DNA from: a bacterium
GTDB taxonomy: Bacteria > Bacillota > DTU030 > JBMNJR01
Length of the DNA stretch: 64,000 bases
Direction of reading: 5' to 3'
Assembly: GCA_050951765.1 (NCBI GenBank)
Contig: JBMNJR010000003.1
Span: forward strand, 188-64,187
Shown: positions 48,487-58,344 of the stretch, one piece after another
How the letters are laid out: each line of letters starts with the position of its first letter
Position numbering within the stretch: position 1 is the stretch's first letter
Made by a program: the position numbers and the translations under genes
Notes under the pieces: generated by a model
Told to the model about the DNA's origin: nothing
Databases searched by the model: none
Seen by the model: the letters and a program-made list of their open reading frames with translations, nothing else

Positions 48487-49550
48487 TTCGCCACCTCCTC
48501 ACCTGCAAGAACCCGCAACCGCTGATAGACTTCATCCGGGGTAGGAACCATGCCGCCCATGCGGCCGTAAAACTCCACAGGGATTCGACTACCTGCTAAC
48601 GCCAAACGCACATCTTCAACCATCTGACCAGCACTCATTTCCACCGTTAAAACAGCCTTAACTCCTGCTGCGGCATTTGCAATGGCTTTGTAAGGAAAAG
48701 GAAATAGTGTTATGGGCCGGATCAAGCCGGCAGGTATACCGTTGGTACGTGCAATATCGACGGCAGAGCGAGCAATACGGGCAGAAATCCCATACGCAAC
48801 CACAACCAACTGCGCATCTTCCATTTGATAAGCATCATACCTAATTTCCGCCTCAGTTATTCGCTTGTATTTAGCCTGCAGGTGAAGATTATGTTTTTCC
48901 AGTTTCTCTGCTTCCAAGTGAATAGAACTAATCAGATTTTTTTGCCGCCCCTTTCTGCCGGTGGTTGCCCACGGCTTCGGTATTGATTTTACCTCAACTT
49001 GCTTGAACTCAACCGGCTCCATCATTTGCCCTAAGATACCATCCCCTAAAATCATCACCGGATTCCGATATTGATCTGCCAAAGTGAAAGCTAAGATGGT
49101 TAAATCAACCATTTCCTGCACAGAAGCAGGCGCTAAAACTAATAAGCGATAATCTCCATGGCCACCACCCTTAGTCGCTTGGAAATAGTCCGATTGCGCC
49201 GGCTGTATCCCACCCAGCCCTGGCCCACCGCGAACAATGTTCACAATTACACATGGCAGTTCTGCACCGGCCAAATAGGAAATCCCTTCCTGTTTCAAAC
49301 TGATCCCTGGACTCGAAGAGGAAGTCATTACCTTAGCCCCAGCTCCGGCAGCTCCATAAACCATATTGATCGCCGCAATTTCACTCTCTGCCTGCAAATA
49401 AACCCCGCCTACTTCAGGCAACCGACGGGCCAAGTATTGCGGGAGTTCACTTTGTGGCGTAATCGGATAGGCAAAATACAAACGACAACCGGCACGTATG
49501 GCCGCTTCCCCCAATGCCTCGTTCCCTTTCATTAAAACCCTCTCTCCCAT
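48483..49550 (-). CDS. 2-oxoacid:ferredoxin oxidoreductase, alpha subunit
   Basis: [29 protein letters not shown]; 355 aa. Confidence 0.85.
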   Translation of the reverse strand: MGERVLMKGNEALGEAAIRAGCRLYFAYPITPQSELPQYLARRLPEVGGVYLQAESEIAAINMVYGAAGAGAKVMTSSSSPGISLKQEGISYLAGAELPCVIVNIVRGGPGLGGIQPAQSDYFQATKGGGHGDYRLLVLAPASVQEMVDLTILAFTLADQYRNPVMILGDGILGQMMEPVEFKQVEVKSIPKPWATTGRKGRQKNLISSIHLEAEKLEKHNLHLQAKYKRITEAEIRYDAYQMEDAQLVVVAYGISARIARSAVDIARTNGIPAGLIRPITLFPFPYKAIANAAAGVKAVLTVEMSAGQMVEDVRLALAGSRIPVEFYGRMGGMVPTPDEVYQRLRVLAGEEVAK

Positions 49551-49561
49551 ACGCTCACCCC

Positions 49562-49765
49562 CTATTTATAAACCTTGATCACAGTATCAGGGCAAATACG
49601 GGCACACATTGTACAGCCGGTACATTTATCCATATCTGTTACCGTTGCCGGATGATATCCCAGCTTATTAATTTTATTAGAGAGCTTGATGATTTTTACC
49701 GGACAGACGGTTGTACATAATTCACACCCTTTACACCGCTCCTCATTAAACTCAACTTTAGCCAT
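49562..49765 (-). CDS. 2-oxoacid:ferredoxin oxidoreductase, delta subunit (2x[4Fe-4S] ferredoxin)
   Basis: Two CxxCxxCxxxCP motifs ([24 protein letters not shown]); 67 aa. Confidence 0.8.
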   Translation of the reverse strand: MAKVEFNEERCKGCELCTTVCPVKIIKLSNKINKLGYHPATVTDMDKCTGCTMCARICPDTVIKVYK

Positions 49766-49801
49766 CTATTACCCTCCTCTGCTCTACAATGCTTTAGCAA
49801 A

Positions 49802-50908
49802 TTATTTAATTTGGATTGGATAAGACTTGCTTACTTCCTCCCCCCTGAGAACCCGTAGAGCACCGTACGCTAATGCCTCCATTTCCCCCTCACCGGGGAA
49901 TGTGAAAACCGGAGCAATGAACCCAATTCTCTCGATTAGCCAATCAGTCACCAAGGAAGAATAAACCAAACCTCCGGTCAAAACAATCGCATCAACTTGA
50001 CCTTTGAGTACCGTGGCAGCGGCACCGATTTCCTTAGCGACCTGATAGAGCATTGCCTCATAAACTAGTTTTGCCTTTTGATCGCCTTTTTTAATTCTTT
50101 TCTCCACCTCACGTGCGTCATTGGTTCCCAAATACCCAACTAAGCCCCCTGCACCAACCACCTGCCGGTATACAGCTTCTTTGGTCATACTGCCATTAAA
50201 ACATAGCTCGATTAATTGGCCTACCGGCACGCCGCCTGACCGTTCCGGTGAAAAAGGTCCTTCGCCATCAAGAGCATTATTTACATCAATAACTCTTCCC
50301 TGCTGATGAACGCCGACAGAAATGCCTCCCCCCAAATGAGCAACAATTAAGTTTACAGCATCATATGTAGTTCCTAACTGGGCTGCAGTTTTTCTGGCAA
50401 CTGCCTTTTGATTCAGTGCATGAAAAATGCTTATCCGTTCAATACCGGCCATCCCGGAAATTCGCGCGATTGGCTCCAATTCATCAACCACAACCGGATC
50501 GACAATAAAGGCGGGCACAGCAGCCATTTCCGCTATTTCCTTCGCCAATAACGCACCTAAATTGGAAGCATGTTCTGCTCTGTTAGGTCCTTTAAGTTCC
50601 GCTACCATTTCATCAGTAATCAAATATGTTCCCCCGGGAAGCGGCTTCAACACCCCTCCCCTTCCCACTACAGCAGCGATGGAAGTAAGCTTTATTTTTT
50701 TCTGATCAATAAATTCTAAAATTACCTGTAAGCGAAAGTGATATTGATCCATAATCCTTGCGTAACGGCTAATATCTTCCTGAGAATGACGCAATGAAGC
50801 CTCCAATAGCAATGATTCACCTTGGAAAAAAGCCACTTTAGTCGACGTAGAGCCTGGATTTATTACCAGGATGCCCTCGTTACTCATTTTTATCATCCCC
50901 CCAACCAA
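49802..50908 (-). CDS. buk: Butyrate (branched-chain acyl) kinase
   Basis: ILVINPGSTSTKVAFF is the ASKHA acetate/butyrate kinase N-terminus; 368 aa. Confidence 0.9.
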   Translation of the reverse strand: MVGGMIKMSNEGILVINPGSTSTKVAFFQGESLLLEASLRHSQEDISRYARIMDQYHFRLQVILEFIDQKKIKLTSIAAVVGRGGVLKPLPGGTYLITDEMVAELKGPNRAEHASNLGALLAKEIAEMAAVPAFIVDPVVVDELEPIARISGMAGIERISIFHALNQKAVARKTAAQLGTTYDAVNLIVAHLGGGISVGVHQQGRVIDVNNALDGEGPFSPERSGGVPVGQLIELCFNGSMTKEAVYRQVVGAGGLVGYLGTNDAREVEKRIKKGDQKAKLVYEAMLYQVAKEIGAAATVLKGQVDAIVLTGGLVYSSLVTDWLIERIGFIAPVFTFPGEGEMEALAYGALRVLRGEEVSKSYPIQIK

Positions 50909-50933
50909 TCACCCCATGCTATGACAACAAAAA

Positions 50934-51848
50934 TTAATTCCACATTTTTCCGCTGGTTAACAAGCTTACAGCAATGGATAATAATTTCGTTTGCTGTGAA
51001 TCTGCCCGTGAAGTCAAGACAATTGGCGCTCGGGCACCGGCAATTAAACCGGCAATTTTAGTATCAGGACTAAAGTAGGCCAACGCCTTATAAAATACAT
51101 TTCCCGCCTCAATATCAGGCATTAATAGAATATCAGCCCGGCCAGCCACCGCTCCACCGATCCCTTTCCTAGCCGCTGCTGCTAATGATACGGCATTATC
51201 CAGCGCCAATGGTCCGTCAACTTCAACTCCGCCTAATTGCCCCCGTTCTGCCATTTTGCTTAAAATAGCCGCATCTAATGTGGCGGGCATTTCCGGATTC
51301 ACTGTTTCTACGGCACACACCGGCGCAACTCTTGGCTTAGCAATCCCTAAGGCCTTGGCAATTGCTGCCGCATTATGAATTAGATCTATTTTTCTTTCCA
51401 GATCGGGAGCAATATTCATTGCAGCATCAGTCAATAAAAATAGCCGCTTATATCCGGGAGGCTCAAATATTGCCACATGACTTAAGGCCTTACTGGTTCT
51501 TAAACCCTTTTCTTAATCTAATACTGCCTTTAATAATTTTTCTGTACTGATTAAACCCTTCATAAGTACATCCGCTTTACCTTCCCGTATCAATGCAATA
51601 GCTTTTGGGCTTAATTGGTTGGAATCCGATTCATCAATAATCTCAAATCCATCCCGATTTAAACCTTGTTCTTTAATCATGCTCTCGATTATTCTTTTGT
51701 CTCCAACCAACATAAATCGAGCCAGCCCTAATTCCCAAGCAGTATTGGCCGCCTTAAGCACCTCTGCTTCCTGAGCCATAACCACTGCAATTGTTTTTCT
51801 CACTTGACCACGGACAGCTTCAAGGACTTCACTAAAGGAATTAAACAT
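50934..51848 (-). pseudogene. ptb: Phosphate butyryltransferase interrupted by an in-frame TAA at 51513..51515
   Basis: The N-terminal ORF (111 aa) ends ...KGLISTEKLLKAVLD-TAA. Translation continues in the same frame as EKGLRTSKALSHVAIFEPPGY... into the 180-aa C-terminal ORF. Together they align with full-length Ptb (KGLVNTATFLRSVLNKEVGLRTGK...SHVAVFE), with the stop at the position of the N in ...VLNKE... . Confidence 0.65.
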
Positions 51849-52214
51849 CCAACGATCCCCCTCAATAGCTTATGTATTTTAGCTCTTTCCATATTCTTAA
51901 GAATCAGCAAAAAAATGGTTAATTACAAGTCCTTTGTCAACAAAAATTTAATATAATAAGGCAAATTACAATAACTTAATATTTTTTACTAATATTAAAA
52001 TAATTAAGGCAAATTAGGCAATAATAGATGACTATTGTATTAGATAATCTTGTGCCGCTGCTAACAACGGTTAAACATCTACTCCCATCCTATATTATTG
52101 TTTTTGGCGCTTGTATATTCACCTCGCTTTTAGTTCCTTTTTTTCCCTATTGCTACTAAATTCTCTTTGCTCAATAAAAAACCCTCCTTAACATCTAAAT
52201 TGCGGTTTTCCAAA

Positions 52215-53048
52215 TTAAGATTTTCGTTTAGTTGGGATCCCTAATCGATCGATATAAGCCAGTAAAGGCACTGTTTCAATAATTTCCGTAAGAGAATAAA
52301 ACTCACTAAACATATGCAAAAAGAAACAAAACAACAAAACTATTGATTTGAGCCCAAAAGGTAGATACCGAGCCAAGGCAATACCGGCAGCAGCTCCTAA
52401 AACATTTGCCCCGGCATCTCCCAACATCGCCCTTCCTTGAATATCCACAGGATAATAAGCCAAAACTGCTCCCACTAAAATAAAATCCAAATAAAACCTT
52501 TTAGCTTGTTGCACACATATCCAAATTAATGCCATCAAAAAAACATAAAACTTCACAGCTCTACCCGGCCTTAAATCCAAGAGATTTAATGTGTTAATAG
52601 AAAGAGCTATTAATAAACCATTAAGAAAAAAGCTTGCTATAGATTCACTGATCAGATAAGAAACAAAAAAAGCGATTAACCCTCCCCCAGCTGCTTTCAG
52701 CAAACCGGTAGACAATCTGCCGTTGTACCAAAAAAAACGTAAATGACCACATAATCCTTTAATCTTTTTTGAACCAGCGGTATCATCAAGCAAGCCCAAT
52801 AATGCCACAGTATTAAGCAGAAACATAAAAATTAATACTTCCAACTCCCACTGCATAAAAAAAGGTATAGTTGTGATCAAGACTATATCAGTAATAAAAA
52901 CTAAAGCCAAACCAACACCTACCGGTACTTTTACCTCTCGATAAGTATTCGCTGTCATTCCTCCATCAGCCAATAATTGGAGAAAGGCAGGCAAAAAAAG
53001 CCAGGTGAGCAAATAAGCATACACTCCTAGCAACCACAATGGAGTCAT
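52215..53048 (-). CDS. Glycosyltransferase family 4 polyprenyl-phosphate sugar-1-phosphate transferase (MraY/WecA/TagO-like)
   Basis: LGLLDDTAG, NLLDLRPG and MLGDAGANVLG motifs; polytopic membrane protein. Confidence 0.7.
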   Translation of the reverse strand: MTPLWLLGVYAYLLTWLFLPAFLQLLADGGMTANTYREVKVPVGVGLALVFITDIVLITTIPFFMQWELEVLIFMFLLNTVALLGLLDDTAGSKKIKGLCGHLRFFWYNGRLSTGLLKAAGGGLIAFFVSYLISESIASFFLNGLLIALSINTLNLLDLRPGRAVKFYVFLMALIWICVQQAKRFYLDFILVGAVLAYYPVDIQGRAMLGDAGANVLGAAAGIALARYLPFGLKSIVLLFCFFLHMFSEFYSLTEIIETVPLLAYIDRLGIPTKRKS

Positions 53049-53737
53049 CCTTTCTCTTCCTCCTCTTTGCCAATTGCCAATCTGCACAAAGCAAATAAAA
53101 CGTGCCAGAATTGACGCCCGCGATGAAAAAAACCTTTAAGAGTACGGCCGGTAGCATCATGTTCCATTGCTATTGATAATTCCTTAATGCGCATCCCTTT
53201 TCTTGCTGCTTTAATATTGAGGCCTACTTCAACACCAAATCCCGGTAATAGTGGGTATAACGCTTTTAATCCTGCACTGGTAAAAGCCCTTTGGCCGGAA
53301 AGAGGTGCTTTTAACATTTTTCCAGTGAATAACCAAGTTCCATACCGAGCCAGACCCAGGGTCAAGCCAAACCCTGCACTATGACCTGTAGCAGGTAGGC
53401 AAGCAACTACCATGTCTGCCTGGCCATTTAACAACGGATACAATAATTTTTCGCCCAATGCTGCAGTTTCGCCTAAATCTGCATCGAGCAATAAAATATA
53501 TTTCCCTTTAACTAAGTTTAAACCGGCAGTTAATGCTTGCCCCTTTCCCCGATTTTGTCTCAAACATATTACCTCGACACCCATATTCCGGGCAATAAAT
53601 GCAGTATCATCCTCTGAACCATCATCAACAACAATAATTTGCACAACTCCGGGAATAGATTTAACCGCCAATATTGTTCTTTCAATGTTATGGGCTTCAT
53701 TATAAGCAGGTATGATAACACTAATTCCTGGTACCAT
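53045..53737 (-). CDS. Glycosyltransferase family 2 (polyprenol-phosphate glycosyltransferase-like)
   Basis: VIIPAYNE...VVDDGSEDDT...LLLDADL GT-A motifs; 230 aa. Confidence 0.75.
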   Translation of the reverse strand: MVPGISVIIPAYNEAHNIERTILAVKSIPGVVQIIVVDDGSEDDTAFIARNMGVEVICLRQNRGKGQALTAGLNLVKGKYILLLDADLGETAALGEKLLYPLLNGQADMVVACLPATGHSAGFGLTLGLARYGTWLFTGKMLKAPLSGQRAFTSAGLKALYPLLPGFGVEVGLNIKAARKGMRIKELSIAMEHDATGRTLKGFFHRGRQFWHVLFALCRLAIGKEEEEKG

Positions 53738-54629
53738 TGCTTATGATCAACCCCTGCAACCATTCCATGGGTAATATAGCTTGCGCATGTTCACCAACAC
53801 CATAGTAACCGGAATCATTCCCCTGGAGGAAAAATAAAAGGCTAATTCTACCTGCTAAGCTGTCGATATGATCAATCAAAGCTACCTTTTGATCCAAGAA
53901 AAAAGATAAATAAGCTGGATCACTTCCTGTATTCTCAATTATGCCCACCCTCATCCTATCCTTTTGCCAGGCTGACAATAAAATCACTTCCAAATCATCC
54001 AGCGGGCAGCTTCGCTCATGTGAACCGCCACCGTAAAGCAAGACCATATCAACACCAGAGAAAGCGTTTCCTGTATAAGTAATCCAGTCTCCCGCAACAA
54101 GGATCCCTAACAATTTATCATCTCTACTGCCGGTCACCACACCGGCTAAATATTCGATCAGTTCTTGCCAATTGAGATTTGCACCTTCCCTGCCATGACG
54201 ATATTCTTTGATTAAGGTTTGCATAAGCTGCTTATTATCAGGATAAAAATTATCTGATAAATTCATAACCATTTCTATTTTTACGCCCAAATCCTGTAAA
54301 AAGGAAAGTAACTGAGCGTCCAATTTTTTACCATTAATACATACAATTGCCACTCGAGCCTCTAGGCTCTCTTTGACCAAACTGGGTAATAACACCTTTT
54401 CTAAGCATTGCTCAGTGGAATGGAATAAATCCAGGAGGGAAATTTGTGCTTGTAAATTGCGATATTCTTGCTGCAAAGCGCTATAATTTCCTTCCAGCCG
54501 CCCGATTATTTCTTGTTGTTGTGCAATAACTAAATCATTATCTAAAACAGCATTACCAATAAAAATACCAAGGGTCAAGGATAAAAATATAGACATTAAG
54601 CTGATTATATATTGTTTAAAACCAATCAT
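53721..54629 (-). CDS. SteB-like membrane protein (often annotated as a copper transporter); N-terminal transmembrane helix plus coiled-coil
   Basis: Architecture and position immediately downstream of a SteA-like gene. Weak, architecture-based call. Confidence 0.35.
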   Translation of the reverse strand: MIGFKQYIISLMSIFLSLTLGIFIGNAVLDNDLVIAQQQEIIGRLEGNYSALQQEYRNLQAQISLLDLFHSTEQCLEKVLLPSLVKESLEARVAIVCINGKKLDAQLLSFLQDLGVKIEMVMNLSDNFYPDNKQLMQTLIKEYRHGREGANLNWQELIEYLAGVVTGSRDDKLLGILVAGDWITYTGNAFSGVDMVLLYGGGSHERSCPLDDLEVILLSAWQKDRMRVGIIENTGSDPAYLSFFLDQKVALIDHIDSLAGRISLLFFLQGNDSGYYGVGEHAQAILPMEWLQGLIISNGTRN

Positions 54630-54647
54630 AGCTACAATTCCTCCGAT

Positions 54648-55772
54648 TTATAAAAGACCCACCAGCAATTTAAATTTAAGCAAAATAATTTGCAAAAAAT
54701 ACTGGGTTTTAGGTGAGATAAAAAAAATCAATAATAATGGCACTAAACCGGCAAATAGCACACCCCAAAAATAAGATAATCGCAAACCACCTTGATACAG
54801 CTCATTTACTCCCTTAGCATCCACAAGAATAGAACCTACCTTTAGCCTGACCAATAAAGTACTTGCCATACCAGGTCGCCCCTTTTCTAAAAAATCGATT
54901 AGATTTGAATGCAAGCCCACCCCGACAATTAACTCTGCCCCTTTTTCATAGGCAATAAGGAGAGCCGCATCTTCACTTGTACCTTGTATGGAAAAAATAG
55001 ACGGTTTTAATCCCAATTTCAATAACCGTTCTAACCCAGGTGCATCTCCGTTGGGATACGCATGGACTATCAATTGACATCCACAACTCAATGCTTGGTT
55101 GGAAATACTATCCATATCCCCAACAATTATTTGTGGCTGGAAACCTAATTCTAATAATGCGTCGGCACCTCCGTCTACCCCCATAAGCACAGGTTTGATT
55201 TCTTCAATATAAGGTTTTAAGGCTAACAAATCTTGACGGTAGTCCTTACCTCTGGCTACTACCAATACATGTTTTCCTTTCAAGGGAATATCTAATTCCG
55301 GAACCTTAATTGGCCCTAGGAGTGCAGCCTTTTCCTTAGCTGCATACTTAAGGGTATTATTGACAAAACGGTCCAATTCCTTTGCTAAATTTCTTTTACC
55401 TTGCTGCATCAGTTGCTCTATTGCATACAAATCTAAGATCTGTCCTCTTGCTACCAATTTGTTTTTATAAAATACTGAAGAGCCACTAATAATTATCTTT
55501 TGTCCGTCATGCAAATTGGCAAAAACTCCGTCACCCACTCGATCTAACAATAAAACTCCTGACTTTGCCAACTTTTCCGGCCCTGGATTAGGGTATCTGC
55601 CGGTAATAAAACTATAAGCATTAATAACAGCTTTGACACGCCTTTGCAAGAGCGCTGCAGCTGCCACTTCATCTAAATCCTCATGGGCAATTACAGCAAT
55701 ATCGCCAGGCCGTAAACGTCGCACAAGATTTTTCGTCTTTCGGTCTAGTCGAACAATACCTTGCAAAGGCAA
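54648..55772 (-). CDS. SteA-like putative cytokinetic-ring protein (TPK-like fold plus C-terminal transmembrane helix)
   Basis: 374 aa. The N-terminal region (RPGDIAVIAHEDLD.., VVARGKDYRQDL.., MGVDGGADALLELG) is like the thiamin-pyrophosphokinase-like SteA domain, and the C-terminus carries a hydrophobic helix. Recalled from memory, not searched. Confidence 0.4.
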   Translation of the reverse strand: MPLQGIVRLDRKTKNLVRRLRPGDIAVIAHEDLDEVAAAALLQRRVKAVINAYSFITGRYPNPGPEKLAKSGVLLLDRVGDGVFANLHDGQKIIISGSSVFYKNKLVARGQILDLYAIEQLMQQGKRNLAKELDRFVNNTLKYAAKEKAALLGPIKVPELDIPLKGKHVLVVARGKDYRQDLLALKPYIEEIKPVLMGVDGGADALLELGFQPQIIVGDMDSISNQALSCGCQLIVHAYPNGDAPGLERLLKLGLKPSIFSIQGTSEDAALLIAYEKGAELIVGVGLHSNLIDFLEKGRPGMASTLLVRLKVGSILVDAKGVNELYQGGLRLSYFWGVLFAGLVPLLLIFFISPKTQYFLQIILLKFKLLVGLL

Positions 55773-55955
55773 ATTGCCACACCTCCTGTATTATTATTTG
55801 ATCTGATATGGAAAAAATGTAGTTAAAATCAATTGGGAAAAAATAGGAAAAACGAAAACCGATCAACTAATAACAAAGAATATCCTACAAGGTGGCTGAA
55901 ACACTCCATCTTTAATATATGCTAATTTTTTATTTTAACCCAAAGCCATGTATAC

Positions 55956-55988
55956 AAACAAAAAAACGAGGCCATAAAGGCCTCGTTA
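55956..55988 (-). terminator. Strong intrinsic terminator after spo0A
   Basis: Minus strand ACGAGGCCTTTATGGCCTCGTTTTTTTGTTTG. Confidence 0.7.
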
Positions 55989-56001
55989 TAGTCTGAATAA
56001 A

Positions 56002-56784
56002 TTAACTTACTTTACTTCCCAATCTCAGTTTATCCGCAATCATGGCAATAAACTCAGAATTAGTAGGTTTACCCCGATCCAAATCAATTGTATAGCCAAA
56101 AAGATTATTAATTGTTTCCACATTTCCTCTTCCCCAGGCAACTTCAATTGCATGCCGGATCGCTCTTTCCACGCGGCTGGGCGTAGTATCAAATTTTTCT
56201 GCAATTAATGGATATAATTCCTTTGTTACTGCGCCCAACAATTCAATATCATTGACAACCATTAAAATTGCTTCCCTCAAGTACAAATATCCCTTAATAT
56301 GTGCAGGCACACCTAATTGGTGAATTATACTGGTAATCTCCAAATCTATGTTTCGTCCGCGACTAGATACCGATGACCTGGTCACTGGCGCATTAGCGGC
56401 CAATTGCCTGATTCGATTAATTAATATATCCAAATTACATGGTTTTAAAATATAATAATCAACACCTAAAGATACAACTCGTTGCGTAATACTTTCTTGC
56501 CCAAAGGCTGTAAGCATGATAATCTTAGGTCGTTGTGATAATGCCATTTCATCCATCTTTTCTAAAACACCGATGCCGTCCAAATGGGGCATAATAATAT
56601 CTAATATTAATATATCAGGACAACTATTGGCCAAAAGCTGTAAAACTTCTTCCCCATTATAAGCAATCCCGTCAACGCGCATATCTTCTTGTTTATTAAT
56701 ATACTCCTGGACCAAATTGCAAAATTCCTTATTGTCATCTGCTATCATTACAGAAATTAGATTCTTTTGCACCAAGTTTCCCAC
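56002..56784 (-). CDS. spo0A: Stage 0 sporulation protein A, master response regulator
   Basis: Receiver domain (IADDN...[14 protein letters not shown]) and the Spo0A-specific C-terminal DNA-binding domain ([24 protein letters not shown]...[15 protein letters not shown]...[17 protein letters not shown]). Confidence 0.95.
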   Translation of the reverse strand: MGNLVQKNLISVMIADDNKEFCNLVQEYINKQEDMRVDGIAYNGEEVLQLLANSCPDILILDIIMPHLDGIGVLEKMDEMALSQRPKIIMLTAFGQESITQRVVSLGVDYYILKPCNLDILINRIRQLAANAPVTRSSVSSRGRNIDLEITSIIHQLGVPAHIKGYLYLREAILMVVNDIELLGAVTKELYPLIAEKFDTTPSRVERAIRHAIEVAWGRGNVETINNLFGYTIDLDRGKPTNSEFIAMIADKLRLGSKVS

Positions 56785-56802
56785 TCCCTTCTGTTTTCCT
56801 TA

Positions 56803-58176
56803 CTATATTCTGTTTATAATCAAATTTTCCTGCTCAAAAATGGAAAAAAATCTCAAAAATTTACCCTTGGCTTTTGCCAAGGGCGAAATTTCTAATTCGT
56901 TAAGCATCCATTCTGCCATAATTCCATAACCTTTGGCTGGATCATTGACAAAAACATGGGTAACGATACCCACCAAGTGACCATTTTGAATTATTGGACT
57001 GCCACTCATTCCTTGTATAATGCCGCCGGTTGCAGCAAGTAGTTTTTCATCAATAATTTTGATTACAAAACTCTTATCGGTGGGTATACTATGATCAAAT
57101 ATCCTTTCGATCTTAATCTGGAATTTTTCAATTTTATTTTCGTTAATTACTGTTAACATCTCTGCGGGACCAGTTTTAACTTGCGATGCCAATGCTACCG
57201 GTATAGGCTCAGGATAAAAGGGATTTTGTAAATTTTTATTGAGTGTCCCAAAAAGACCATAAGTTGTATTTTTTGTAATATTTCCTAAAATATCCTCATT
57301 GTTGGTAAAAATTCCAATCTTTTCACCCGGCTGTCCTTTCATACCCGGTTGTATCCCAGATATAGTTGCTCTAACTACTGACCCTTCTTCTACATTTAGC
57401 GGTTGATTGGTTTCCAAATCAGTAATTATATGCCCTAAAGCACCATAAGCACCAGTTTCAGGTTCATAGAAGGATAATGTACCTACACCATTTGCACCGT
57501 CCCGGACATAAAGACCAATTCTAAATCTCCCCGTTTCCGAACAAAACACAGGCTTTAAAGTGGTGGTCAAGAATTCACTCCCTCTTTTATACTCAACATG
57601 TAAGGATTTACCTAATTGACCAAATTGATTAACTAATTCCGCTAAATGACCGATACTTTCAACCCGTTCACCATTAACCCTAAGGATTGTGTCGCCAATT
57701 TTCAATCCGGCCAATTGGGCAGGATTAGTTTGCGCCCTTCCACTCCCAACACTTGCCAATCCTACAACGATCACACCATGGGATAATAATACTACACCAA
57801 TTGAATGGCCACCCGGGATAACTTTAACCGGCGGGATTACATCTACCATCATTTTTCTGATGGGAACGCCGAAAAGCAGCACTTCAATTTCTATTGCTCC
57901 CCTCTGTAATGGTTCAATATCTAAAGGAGCACCCAAATTTACCCTTGCCGCTTGCGAACTTAAAGCAGTCCCATTCAGTTTTACAATGCCATTTCTATTG
58001 GAGCGAAGATATACATTTACCGGAAAGCCAAAATAATAACTTTGATTAACTCCTTCTAGAAAACGGACTTTCTGGGGAAAAGTAACAATACTCTGAAACT
58101 GAGGGGTTAAAGATATGCAGATGATTAAGAGCGCCAACATAATACCACAAATTTTTCTTTGTCTTTTGTTTTTCAT
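56803..58176 (-). CDS. spoIVB: Stage IV sporulation protein B (S55 signalling serine peptidase with PDZ domain)
   Basis: Signal/transmembrane N-terminus, a PDZ region, and the catalytic GAYGALGH and GMSGSPII motifs. Confidence 0.9.
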   Translation of the reverse strand: MKNKRQRKICGIMLALLIICISLTPQFQSIVTFPQKVRFLEGVNQSYYFGFPVNVYLRSNRNGIVKLNGTALSSQAARVNLGAPLDIEPLQRGAIEIEVLLFGVPIRKMMVDVIPPVKVIPGGHSIGVVLLSHGVIVVGLASVGSGRAQTNPAQLAGLKIGDTILRVNGERVESIGHLAELVNQFGQLGKSLHVEYKRGSEFLTTTLKPVFCSETGRFRIGLYVRDGANGVGTLSFYEPETGAYGALGHIITDLETNQPLNVEEGSVVRATISGIQPGMKGQPGEKIGIFTNNEDILGNITKNTTYGLFGTLNKNLQNPFYPEPIPVALASQVKTGPAEMLTVINENKIEKFQIKIERIFDHSIPTDKSFVIKIIDEKLLAATGGIIQGMSGSPIIQNGHLVGIVTHVFVNDPAKGYGIMAEWMLNELEISPLAKAKGKFLRFFSIFEQENLIINRI

Positions 58177-58309
58177 TTACAGTTAACACACCCCTTTTTT
58201 TCTTTTCACTCCTCTCAATCTAAGTTGCTTCTCTTATAGATCTTTTCCGGATTAACAGATCTTTATGATGAGAGTCTTTGTTCCTTCAGCCAACAGCAAC
58301 CAACAAAGG

Positions 58310-58341
58310 AGAAAAAAATAGACCCCAGGTGAGGCCTATTT
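58310..58341 (-). terminator. Intrinsic terminator after recN
   Basis: Minus strand AAATAGGCCTCACCTGGGGTCTATTTTTTTCTCC. Confidence 0.5.
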
Positions 58342-58344
58342 TAG

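Noticed and set aside
51849-52214. A sigma-54 (-24/-12) promoter for ptb-buk-vor, as in the Bacillus bkd operon.
   Set aside because: The best candidate was GGCAC-N6-TTATC. The -12 GC is missing, so it is not convincing. The TAAGGCAAATTA direct repeat there is noted, but nothing can be assigned to it.
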